Shown piece after piece: positions 52,254 through 64,000 of a stretch of DNA of 64,000 bases. This DNA is from Octopus sinensis (Eukaryota). A model generated the notes under the pieces. The model was not told the origin of the DNA and ran no database searches. It saw nothing but the letters and a program-made list of their open reading frames with translations. Positions within the stretch are counted from its first letter, which is position 1, and each line of letters begins with the position of its first letter. Location: positions 42,160,001 to 42,224,000 of the forward strand of contig NC_043004.1 of assembly GCF_006345805.1 (NCBI RefSeq). The letters run 5' to 3'. A program made the translations under genes and the position numbers.

Positions 52254-55038
52254 GTTTGGAAATATTTATTTCGAGAATAACAGAAAACAATTTGTCAAAT
52301 CTACGCAGAGCGAAACAGACCGTTTAAACCTAGAATGGGTCCAAATACCGTTTTACAAGGAGAACAGTGAATACGACCATATGCATGTATCGAAATCTTT
52401 GTGTGACTCGAATTCCGCTTAAAGGAGAATTGTGTACAGGTGCATGTTGGTGAGGCGTTGGTATGTGTATACACATTCATAGGTGCTTACATTGGTTTGT
52501 TGAGTGTGACTCCTATATGTAATGCTGTGTGAGGTGAATTTGTGCTTGAAAACATGCATCGTACGTGTAGTGTTAGACGCATGTAATGTGTAAGATGTAT
52601 GGAGGTTTTTTAATGTGAGGGTAAAAGAAAGCCATTGGAATAGTAAAACGTCTCTCTATGAGCGTGGCCCTAGTTTCTCTTCTCCTAAATTGTGTTTTTC
52701 TATCGCTCAAAGGCGTACTTTTCTTAACTGTTAACAACATTCATCATAAGCAGCTGGTGATAATGCTATTTGTATGTTCTTAATTTCAAAACACTACGTT
52801 ACCCACATATAGCTTGGACTCTTTACGCCACATATACTTGAACTAAAAGAACCTAACCAATAATGTTGAAAATCTACATCTCGTCATATCTGAGTCATAC
52901 TAAAATTGTTAATTCAACAAAAAAGGCATAAACAATATAAATGTTTGGAAAATACTTCTACCTGATCCCACTTAAACAGAAACAATAGCTAACCTGAGAC
53001 GTTACGCCAAACCTTTTTCTGGAAAACCATTTGGTGGACGCATATATTTACCATAGCAAAGTCCGCCTAAAAGAGACAGGCCTGCATCTTCAGGTCTATT
53101 CTAATTATCCTGCAAGCCTCTACAAATTTGAGTGGAGTCTCTCAGTAGGGTGCAGCTTATAAACCTGGCAGAGTGCTGCAGCCTAAGACACAGATACCTT
53201 AGACCACATTCAAAGAAAGACCCACTCAGCAGATTGTCGTTAAGTCAGTCACCATCTGGTCCACACTCTGGCTATCAAATCTCTCTGCCGTTTAGAGGTA
53301 ACTAGCACAATCATTCCTAATGATACAGAGGATGTAGGCACATGAAATCTTACTTCACACTGAACACTATTTATATAAAACCAAACAAAACAATAATATT
53401 ATTTTCAAACGGGTAGTTGAAAACTTTTTTTGGACGTTATTAATACTGACAGTGAAAAACAACACAGGTAAATTTACCATTACGAAATGTAGAGTCTAAA
53501 TCACTAAAAAACAGCAAATTAAATTTGCTTGCAAATATTTGTTCTAATCATGTCAGACAAAATTCTCTTTCCGTCTATCATAGTGACAATATCAAACTGT
53601 GACTGCAGAAGACAAATATATTCACGTAAAAGTATTGTCATTTCATTGGTATTTCTCAGTGTCGAGAATTTGATTCTATACAATTTATTTATTTCTTCGA
53701 AGATGGTTGTATAACCTAATAAAACCCCTGACAACGAATACACGATGACGGCTCATAACGGTAAAACAACCTTTTTCATAGGCCAGTTTTCTTTCGTCGA
53801 CATCTCTTTTAGTCAGTCTCCTCTTTGCGGATACTTTCAAAGAGGTCAATGCACTGAGCCGTTATTTCCCGCAGAGAGAAATATTATAGGCCTCGGTCAT
53901 CTGTGGAGAATCCTTAGTATTAATGATTTTGAATGATCGCTTTAGTTTTTCTTGCAATATCTGGTACAAAAGCATCTTCTGTAGATGAGCTGGTGTTCTT
54001 TGAATGTAGTCAACAGATTGAAGCTGATGATGTAACACCAAGTTCAGTTATGTTAAGTATTTCGTTCTTCTTACCAATGCCTTGCCAATGTGCAGGACCG
54101 CTGTGTCTGATAGATACTTTCCATCACTTCATATCTACCGAACACGTCGGTTTCAGCATTCTAAGATGTGATCAGTAATGTCATTTAGAAGGAATGTCTC
54201 ATATATGTAACGTGTTCGAGTTGTAATATAATGCGTGTGGTATAATCTTTTAAAGATAGCTCATACAAAGAAATCATTTTCAGAGATTTCTTAAAGAAGC
54301 ATGAATGAAGAATATTCAGAAGGCAAATTTCTAAATCAGGAACATTGAAATTTATTCAGTAGTGTAATGTGCACCAGAAAGTGGTAACAATGATTAATGT
54401 TGCATATGAATGGTAACCAAATATCTGTGTATGCGAGACAGGAAAAAAATCGCACGACCTACTATGTACACTGAAGTTTGTATGAAATAGAGTGGGAGTT
54501 GATATTAAGCAACTGGGTTACGTGTAGTTTGTGGTGGATACAGAAAATGTTACATGTCGAAGAAAGCAATGTTACTTCTATGCCGTCAAATCTGCACTTC
54601 ATGCTCTTCCAAAGAGGCGCGCGATACTGCGGGGCGGAATTTGCTGCTTGTATTATTACATATCCAGCTCTCTTTGGCTGGAGTCTACCAAAGCACAACT
54701 GAACTAAGCTACGGCAACAAAATAGATCTTTCCTATCTCACTACAGATTCTGTCTTCGATTCTGGAATCCGGAGTATTCACATTGTCAAATTTAGCGTTT
54801 CGATTTTTACAATTAAAAGTTTTATTGTGTAAATATGTTCATCACTGCTATAGGGATACTGTCAAAGAAATGAGCCAAGATTTATCTATGCAGTAAATAC
54901 AACTGATTCAGCCAATATGCTACAAATCCAGTTAATTACAAAAACTTTGACTTTAAACCGGAATGACAATTATTGCTAGTGTTGTAATCTTGAAGACGCT
55001 TAAAATTTAAGTTCTCTCTTTTAGCTGTATGTTAGAAT

Positions 55039-55213
55039 AGGCTCAGGAGTGGCTGTGTGGTAAGTAGCTTGCTTACCAACCACATGGTTCCGGGTTCAGT
55101 CCCACTGCGTGGCACCTTGGGCAAGTGTCTTCTACTATAGCCGCGGGCCGACCAATGCCTTGTGAGTGGATTTGGTAGACGGAAACTGAAAGAAGCCCGT
55201 CGTATATATGGAA

Positions 55214-55277
<64 letters not shown>

Positions 55278-55488
55278 ATGTGTTTGTATGTCTGTGTTTG
55301 TCCCCCTAGCATTGCTTCACATGCTGGTGTGTTTATGTCCCCGTCACTTAGCGGTTCGGCAAAAGAGACTGATAGAATAAGTACTGGGCTTACAAAGAAT
55401 AAGTCCCGGGCTCGAGTTGCTCGACTAAAGGCGGTACTCCAGCATGGCCGCAGTCAAATGACTGGAACAAGTAAAAGAGTAAAGAGTA
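55039..55488 (+). mobile_element. OK-type SINE, full length
   Basis: As other copies; expanded internal TA/TG tract. Confidence 0.93.
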
Positions 55489-55539
55489 GTTCAAATGATC
55501 GTTTCATTTAAATTTCTTTGTTCGAAGCTTTCTCTTGTC

Positions 55540-55830
55540 AGCACCGTAATACTCAACAAATCTTGATCTACTAAGCTGCTCAACTGAAATATTTTCTCTC
55601 CTTATCTTGAAAACTTTAATACTATGATTGAACAAGCACCCATGTGGTTCGTTGGTGGAGAACATCGTTAGTTGTACTGAATTCATATACCAGGATCTGG
55701 TACACCAGTGCAACAGACAAGATTGTGGCCACCGCGTTGCAATCGAAGTAAGCTGCACAGGCTTCGTGGATCGCTTACACTGCAAAGAACTGATTGGAAT
55801 AGGAGTTATTGGTTCAACACTAAAATAATG
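55540..55830 (+). mobile_element. Possible NeSL/Hero/R2-group RLE endonuclease remnant
   Basis: LKTLIL..ENI..YQDLVHQCNRQ..AIEVSCTGFV resembles ELTVPWEEN..KYQEL..VEVGCRGF. Confidence 0.4.
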
Positions 55831-58011
55831 GCATACCTTTCAACACCAAATCTACACTGGAAGTAAGCAGACAGTTTTGGATAAAGAAGGCAGTCCGGTG
55901 GCTGCTAGGTAACACTGGATAAACTCCGTTTAGATTCAAGTCATTGAGAGGGACTGATGCTGAAAACCTAATACTCTAAATCTTTAGAAACATTGGTGAT
56001 GAAGTATTCTAGATATATAACGAGCGATGTGTTGTATTTATATGTGTTTGCGCTCGTGCTAGTGGATGCTTCTTTGCCTGTGTGCATGAAGGTGTGCAGA
56101 GAGCTTGCAGAGAAATTGAAATAATACTTCACTACCCCAAACTGATAGTTGGCTTCTTATTCTTGCCGCCTGTCTTGCGTTTATCCCCAAGCACCGCATT
56201 AGAAACTTTGTTGAAAGCTTTAAGGAATATATCCGTGCCCGGCTAGAAGTAGCACCTATATCTCATATTTACCTCTCCACACGGACATTTAGTTTTTCTC
56301 AAGTCACTCTTAGAAAAGCCTTAGGAAAAACAGAGAGCAAATTTGATAATATAGTTTCAGTTAAATTATGTCAGGAAACACTAAATAGTCTCGGCGTAAA
56401 TATATTTGATCATAGATCAACTTAAACTGGGATGACAAAGAATAGAGCTTAAGAGCAAAACCGCAAACAACATCGACCCCTCTTCTTACATTATCTTTCT
56501 AAACATCAATTATTGACTGTATACATACATACATACTTTAACACACACGCACACACACACACACATGTATACATATTATAACTACTGGTCTTTTATTTAC
56601 AGAATGTGATATAAAAAGTAAAATCAATTCCAGTAGGATACACCGTGTCATTATTTATCTGACGAATAATACAAATGGCGACTAAAAATGCCATGGTGTG
56701 CAATGCTTTATTTGCGAATCATGGTTTATCCTAAAGTATTGTATTTTATTGTATTCTTAAACCAGCAATTGTAGTTTAATTGGCTACAAATCAATAAAAT
56801 TTATAGTGCAATTTACAGCCTTAACTAAAACCAACACATTTAAATTCGTTGATTAAATCTGCGTCAAACAAATTAAAAAGAATACTTGGTGTCTCTCGTA
56901 TATAGTCAAAGGAAATCAATTCAAGTGGGGTAACAATCGGAAATTTATTGAACCAATTATGCATTACTTCTCTGAATATGTTAGGGTAAACAATAGAACT
57001 GACAGCAACACGATGCATTTGTACCTTAAATGTTGGTTTAAACCGCATTCATGATCGAACATTTTTGGAGATTTTCTTTATTGCTTGAGAGGAAACCCTA
57101 ATTAACCTTTTCATGAACAAGAAATTGAAAACGAGTCAACGAGAAGGTAAAAACTGTGGAGATTTGCTTATCATCTTCTATTCTCTATGGCGCGCCAAAA
57201 TCTTAAATAATGTTCTACCTACGTAGAGGAATCTCCATATATGAGATGGATGTATTCGATAAGATTACAGTTGACCTTGGACAGAACTGAACTCACTACG
57301 TCGGAATCCATAAACGTTAACCATATCTCGTTAAGAAACTACTCTAAGAGTTGAAATGATGATCACAAGATTTAACCAATACATTTTAGAACAAGTGCGG
57401 AGCTGAAAAGTATACAACTATACTTTTAACCAAAACAGACACACAACACCTCTCATAAAAAAGGATGCTTATTCTAGGAATATTAGAGCTTTGATTTCAT
57501 ACATTCACTCTGTTAACGAACAAGTATAGTAGCGCTCCTAATACTATGTATGATATTCTGTTAGCGACCACTGCTGTTTCATCTGTAAGCAACAGTGGTA
57601 ATAATATATACGTAACCATAGTAATGGTTTTGACAGAATTGATTTTGGATATTTTTCGAATACAATATATTGCGTACAGTAGAAGATTTTATTAAACCGA
57701 ATTTAATAAAGGTTTGCTATTCATATTACCAACTAAGATGGTGTTGTCACTATTGACTTTGTTGCAGTACCACTGAGTGTTTACGTTTACTTTAAACCTG
57801 TGTTTATTATCAATACCTCTATTCGTAGGGCGTTGGGCAAAATCCTTGAAATCTTACTCAGGTGCGTTTATAGTTTTATTACAATTCTCGATGGCATCAA
57901 CTTTTCATTGATTTTCCCAGAGTTTATAACATGTTTAGTATTGCTGTTGATCCAGTCAACTGATCCTTTCTAAAAACAAATTCGACCCAGCAGCTGTGTT
58001 AGAAATTGTAT

Positions 58012-58438
58012 AGATCTTTTCGGTTTGAACGGCAGATTTTAGCATAATTTCTAGGTAACTAAAAATTTTTAACTTCGTATACTGGTAGAATGTGTTTATA
58101 AAACATCTTTTTCTCTTGGCTTTATTGAGAAAATTCTATAGTTTGTAAGATATTTGGTCTTTAATTTCTTACATTTCAGCAATTTCAACCAATCAATTAC
58201 GTCTATAGAGGTGAAAACATTCTGTGCCGTATGAATACGTCCCTCGTTTAAGAAACAGATTGGGTTTATTTACATTTCTGAAGAAAAAGAGATACCATTC
58301 CCCCACCCCTAACCCTAACCATAACCCTAACCCTAAAATAGATTGAAATGCAATAGAACGATACTAGGGTCATAATTATGGGTGACAATTTCATATGACA
58401 CCGCTAGAAAAAAACTGCCGTTCAAACCGAAAAGATCC
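58012..58438 (+). mobile_element. MITE copy 3 with a perfect 8-bp TSD
   Basis: AATTGTAT at 58004-58011 and 58439-58446; TIRs; internal ccctaa repeats. Confidence 0.92.
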
Positions 58439-58523
58439 AATTGTATTAACATCTAGGGAATCATGAAAGAAAACAAAAAGTAACTCATACCTGATCATAA
58501 CTCACATCATACAATGACATAAT

Positions 58524-58568
<45 letters not shown>

Positions 58569-59651
58569 AATCAAGTTTGTTGAAGAGAGAAAAGAAAAGC
58601 TTGTTTATATCGCGATTCCACCAAACAGTTCACCTCTACTCTGACGAATTCCTAAGACACGAATCATAACTTCTTATCCGGCGCTTTGAAGTTTCTTCCC
58701 ACCTCACCAATAAAAGAAATATTTTTGAAACATCATTACCACAAATATAAATTCAGAATTAATAAGTCTACATAGACGTTGCGAATATATATATCAGCAT
58801 ATATGTTATTTTTAGGGGCAATATATTAAATTATACATTATGAAGAAAGCAACATCTCACAGGAGGAGTCTCTATCTTTCTCTCTCTTCCTATCTCTATC
58901 CTTATCTGAAAACTATGTCACAACACTTTCTGTATCATGTGTACACTCCACTGCCTCCCACTATGTCTCGCTCTATTTCCATCTTACAAACACATGTGTA
59001 TGAACAATGCACAGTGAAATACCCTTCTAAAGAAATACCCTTCAAAATACAAACCTTTCTATACCTTCCATGTCTTGCAGTATATCTCCTACATTTGTCT
59101 AACTCTCACACTGTCTATCACTCAGTCTATTACTTTCTGATTTCTCTTTCTTTCGCCCTTACATACATAAACACATACAGAACATAACCACATGGTCTTG
59201 CACAAAACATAAATAAATAAATAAATAGATAAATAAAACACCATACTGCAGTAGTAAAATAAATAATATCGCAGGAAATATAAATAAATCTATTTCCAAA
59301 TCGCTCAGTAACAGAAGAAAAAAGGAGAAAACGAAATATTACGACAGATTTAAAATTTCTGCAGATATAAAGAAATAAAAGCATCGATAAAAACAGCTGC
59401 AGAAGCACAAATTAGCAAGACGAAATACATTAAAATTATATAAACAACAATACTCAGGAGAAGACAAAACACAACCAACCACAGACACACAATTTCACGT
59501 TAGCTACCCATATATAATTAAATTTACACACATATACAATTTAATACGCATTAAAATATGATAAATGCAGATATGATTATAACTATTTGTTTATATTTGC
59601 ACATACGAGCATAAATGCAAAATTAGATATACACGAATATATGTGTGTGCA

Positions 59652-60360
59652 TAAGGGCGGCGAGCTGGCAGAATCGTTAGCACGCCGGGCAAAATGCTTA
59701 GCAGTATTTCGTCTGCCGCTACGTTCTGAGTTCAAATTCTGCCGAGGTCGACTTTGCCTTTCATCCTTTCGGGCTCGATAAATTAAGTAACCGTTACGCA
59801 CTGGGGACGAAATGATCGACATAATCCGTTTGGCTGTCCCTGTTTATCTTCTCTGTGTTTAGCCCCTTGTGGGTAGTAAAGAAATAGGTATTACGTCTGC
59901 CGCAGAAGGCAGCGAGCTGGCATAAACGTTAGCGCGCCGGGCAAAATGCTTAGCAGTATTTCGTCTGCCGCTACGTCCTGAGTTCAAATTCTGCCGAGGT
60001 CGACTTTGCCTTTCATCCTTTCGGGGTCGATAAATTAAGTACCAGTTACGCACTGGGGTCGATGTAATCGACTTAATCCGTTTGTCCTTGTTTGTACCTT
60101 CTGTGTTTAGCCCCTTGTGGGCAGTAAAGAAATAGGTAGTAAAGAAATGGGTATTTCGTCTGCCGCTACGTTCTGGGTTCAAATTCCGCCGAGTTCTACT
60201 TTGCCTTTCATCCTTTCGTGGTCGATACATTAAGTACCAGTTACGCACTGGGGTCGATGTAATCGACTTAATCCGTTTGTCCTTGATTGTACCTTCTGTG
60301 TTTAGTCCCTTGTGGGTAGTAAAGAAATAGGTATTTCGTCTACCGTTACTTCTGAGTTAC
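59652..60360 (+). mobile_element. OR-type SINE tandem array (two full units, one headless unit, two stubs)
   Basis: Units start near 59653 and 59905; headless unit 60150-60330; junctions aaagaaat(a/g)ggtatt(t/a)cgtct. Confidence 0.93.
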
Positions 60361-60819
60361 TTCTATATATAATATTAGGGAGTATAACTCCAAACTTAAA
60401 TGGAAAAATTCAATTTAGTATTAAATCAAATTTCACAGTATAAATATATAAAATATAAAATAGGAATTAGAGATAAAACCACTATTATGCAACTCCATTC
60501 ATTTTATACTTTTGGAAATATATATATCTATATATATGCATATATATGTATATATATACATATATATATATTATATAATATTTATTATATATATTATTTG
60601 TTATTTATGTATTGGTTTATGTCTATCACTCTTTGAGTTGCATAATAGTGGTTTTATCTCTAATTCATATTTTATATATATATATATAATATATATATAT
60701 ATATATGTTAACCGTAGTTAGCCTGATTTCAACTTTTTCTATTCTATCCATTATACTTATCAAATTCCTCAGGTTCCAATTGAGCACTTCTACGCTCTCT
60801 ATGTGTTTTAAAAGAAAAT

Positions 60820-60821
60820 TA

Positions 60822-60859
<38 letters not shown>

Positions 60860-60885
60860 TGTGTGTGTCTGTGTGTGTGCATGAG

Positions 60886-60968
<83 letters not shown>

Positions 60969-60970
60969 AC
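60820..60970. repeat. (TA)n/(TG)n microsatellite
   Basis: Directly visible. Confidence 0.95.
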
Positions 60971-61139
60971 ATTATTGGTGAATTGAAGAAATGGAGCTGA
61001 ACGCAGATTGAACAGAAATCGTTTTATTTCATTCTACACGTGTTTCGAAAGGCACAAATTACCAAAATCCGATTGAATAATGGGACCATATTGTGTCTTT
61101 CTCTTCAGGAAGAAAATAGGAAATCCGGTGGAAAAACAA

Positions 61140-61345
61140 AAACAGAACAGAGGCGGAGCAAAAACAAATCGAACTATGCTCCTAAGAGCCCATGGCGAAA
61201 CTGTTTATCAGTGTATGTTGAGAACCGGTGGCTGAAGAATTTAACGGGTCAGGCATCGGTCAATCATGTGGGTGAGGGTGTGTGGGTGTTCTTTGTGACC
61301 GAGACCCACATGATTGACCGATGCCTGACGTCAATAATAACACGC
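61140..61345. promoter_or_regulatory. Possible regulatory island (GC box plus full CRE palindrome)
   Basis: GAGGCGGAGC at 61150-61159 and TGACGTCA at 61326-61333 in a locally CpG-richer non-repeat stretch; motif presence only. Confidence 0.2.
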
Positions 61346-61814
61346 GCACAGCTTTTATGTCATTTCTTTACAATTAGTCAATTTGTTACATATTTAACCA
61401 TCGTACTAATCGATCATTTGTTTAATGTACTAGTTACAGAATCAATCATTTGTTTGTTAGTCAAAGTTCTTTCACTAGAACACAAAAATGCTCCATACGC
61501 GCAAATGCAGATGCTCACGCATACACACTAACCCTCTCTTCTTGCCACCTCCTCACGTAAGAAACTGTACCCTACATTCATAAACTGTTATAGGATGTCA
61601 AACGAATCCTAGCAGATCTGAGACACCCCTACAAACACACATAAAAGGAGTCACGGAGTAGTACACACAGCCACAACCATAAGCACGTACTCGAACAAAA
61701 GCACACACAATCTTCGGTTACTCTCATCTTTGCCTGCTCTACTAAACAAACAAATTCTACATACACACATAAAAGCATGCATACACACAAGCATAATGCC
61801 AATCCCCTGACAGA

Positions 61815-62472
61815 CCCTAATTGCCAGGATTAGATAGTGAACAATCATTGGATTGTCGTGTACCTAACATATGTGCTGAAAGTAATAAAAATCAAACATC
61901 CTGTCAACATCATAGCGTTTGGAGTGATCACTAGTGATGGTTACGTTATGCCACCGTTCATTTTTCCCACACGGCCTCAGATACAACATGGCGGTCAACA
62001 TCAAGTGCCTGGAGGATGTAGTGCTGCCCTAGATCAATAGGGTTGGTGCTGGAAGACCCTATGTCTTGCAACAGGACTCTGCACCATTCCACACAAGAAG
62101 GATAACCAAGTCATGGCTGTCAGGTATTTTGTGCGACCACATCACCCCCTAACATCTGGCCACCTAACGCCCCAAACTGCAACCCACTTGATTATTGTGT
62201 GTTGAACACACTTGAGCGAGAGTCCAACAAAACTCCTTGTAACACTAAATTTGAATTGAAGGCAAGAATTATGGCAGCATTCACTCTCTAGAAGATTCCG
62301 AAGTCGCCTGGAGGTCGTAGTTGAAGCCAATGGGGATTTTAATGAATAAAGTTTCTCTATAGTATTTCGAGAAATGTTTATGTAATTTTGGTAAATACAT
62401 CTGTTAAAATAAGATATCAATGTTATTTTCATTTTTGCGTAATTTAGAGGACAATTTATTCATCGTACCTTG
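61815..62472 (+). mobile_element. Tc1/mariner DD37D (maT-like) 3' half with right TIR
   Basis: KHPVNIIAFGVITSDG, QQDSAPFHT..WPPNAPNCNPLDY (about 37 residues between the Asp positions); ends cgtaccttg|TA. Confidence 0.9.
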
Positions 62473-62475
62473 TAT

Positions 62476-62618
62476 ATACGACGGGATTCTCTCTGTTTTC
62501 TTCTACTAACTCCGTTCACAATGCTATAGCAGTACACATTTGCTCAATGTGCTACGCGCCGGGACAGAACTTGGAACCATGTGTTTGGGAAGCAAGCTTC
62601 TTACTACACAGTGACGTC
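62476..62618 (-). mobile_element. Decayed OK-type SINE 5' part
   Basis: Minus strand aggcgcagacgtcactgtgtagtaagaagcttgc, matching the OK head. Confidence 0.7.
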
Positions 62619-62947
62619 TGCGCCTATTGTAAAATTTTGGTTAATCTCTTTGAATATGCTACATTCCGTTTTATTTCTATATGATCCGTGTTTTTGAATA
62701 GGGCCCACTACCTCTATAGAGCCGTGTTCTAGGTTATTGTGATCTAAATTGTAGTAAATAGTATATATATTGCATATAAATCCGAAAACATCATCTTCAT
62801 CGTAGCTCACTATAGATACATCACTGAGTTGGTTTTCATGTTCGCTGACCCCGAAGGTTTCGTCATAACGTAAAAGCATCAATGCATTCGTGTTTATTCT
62901 AATACCAGGATCGTTCATGGTAGTGAATCTTTTCTCGAAATCCAATT
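62619..62947 (-). CDS. Candidate non-repeat coding exon, product unknown
   Basis: About 109 open codons of ordinary composition starting just after a pyrimidine-rich acceptor (ttcttttccacaaattttctcctaaaag|); no strong donor. Confidence 0.25.
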
Positions 62948-63529
62948 CTTTTAGGAGAAAATTTGTGGAAAAGAATTACTAGTATTATACAATATCGAAA
63001 TGGGTAAATATGTGGATGGATATACATCAATGCGTACGTATATGAAGTGAAGGCGTGAACATGTATGCGTTTCTGCCACTACATAACTTTATACTACAGA
63101 TATGAATGCTTGGAGATATAAGAACAATAATAAATCTGATAGATGTATTATAGTCAAGAAAAAATATATCTACAAATGGCTTTACTCTTCTTCATAAGAA
63201 TCATGATGCTTCCTGTCTTGCTTGCCTGTCAAATACCAATCCTTACTTTTTTTGTTTTTTTTTATGTATTTTTATTGAAATTGTTTTTGACATCAACAAA
63301 TATTATTTTCTCGCTTTCAAGCCGACTTCGTTTTCAAACATGTTCTTTGAAAAACGAGGCATGGCATTCTTTATTATGAATTTTCCATTTTTTTTTTCCA
63401 TTTTTTTTTTCCATCTTTTGCTAACCCATAATTTTCTTTCTGTCTTTCCTTTCATCTTGATTTTCTTTCTGCCCTTCTCTCTCCTTTTATCTCTCCCTTT
63501 TCTTTCTCTATCTCTCGCTCTCCATTTCT

Positions 63530-63533
63530 TTAT

Positions 63534-63564
<31 letters not shown>

Positions 63565-63668
63565 TTTCTTTCTTTCTTTCCTTCTTTCTTTCTTTCCTTC
63601 TTTCTTTCTTTCTTTCTTTCTTTCTATCTATCTATCAATCTATCTATCTATCTCTCTCTCTCTCTCGC

Positions 63669-63725
<57 letters not shown>

Positions 63726-63749
63726 ATCTCTCTCTCTCTCGCTCTATCC

Positions 63750-63807
<58 letters not shown>

Positions 63808-63815
63808 ATATCTAT
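63530..63815. repeat. (TTTC)n/(TATC)n/(CT)n compound array
   Basis: Directly visible. Confidence 0.95.
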
Positions 63816-64000
63816 GAAATAATCAATTTACGCTTGCTTGCTACATACATAAACACACAGAGAGACACATACGCAACTATATATGCAAATATATATACAC
63901 ACACATATATACACGAGTATCCCTATCGTATTCAGAAATGCACCCTTCTAAGCTTCTCTTTTTCATTTGTCCATATATGTGTGAGTGAATTAATGTGCGT

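Noticed and set aside
56821-57048. 75-aa ORF with ordinary composition
   Set aside because: No splice signals or domain; the opposite strand is similarly open; length is within chance expectation.
57567-57599. 33-nt hairpin as a miRNA precursor
   Set aside because: Stem of about 13 bp is too short for a pre-miRNA.
58641-58665. CTGACGA hammerhead-like start
   Set aside because: Followed by GAAT rather than GAAA, with no stem II.

Overview
AT-rich, repeat-dense animal genomic DNA, most likely octopus or another cephalopod. That call rests on recalled tRNA-derived SINE families (OK/OR-type) and the very high microsatellite load; no database search was possible. I cannot recognise any intact host protein-coding gene, rRNA, true tRNA or CRISPR array, so the window looks intronic or intergenic. 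Most of the ORF track is microsatellite translation or broken transposon coding sequence. Supported content: (1) many SINE copies of at least four families; (2) decayed LINE pieces (four R4/Dong-like, three or four Tx1/L1-like, RTE, CR1-like); (3) two Helitrons with canonical hairpin+CTAG 3' ends; (4) Tc1/mariner relics (a foldback, two DD37D pieces, one TIR pair); (5) three copies of a ~420-bp MITE with 8-bp TSDs and internal telomeric repeats; (6) Penelope-type minimal hammerhead cores. Best leads: SINE concatemers that re-enter at the same internal GGTATT junction at two loci; a mosaic Helitron holding a mariner foldback; an ORF1-only Tx1 derivative enclosed by TIRs; a MITE duplicated 38.5 kb away, inverted, with 136 bp of identical flank; three hammerhead cores; a few weak candidate host exons. 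None is established as a new system.
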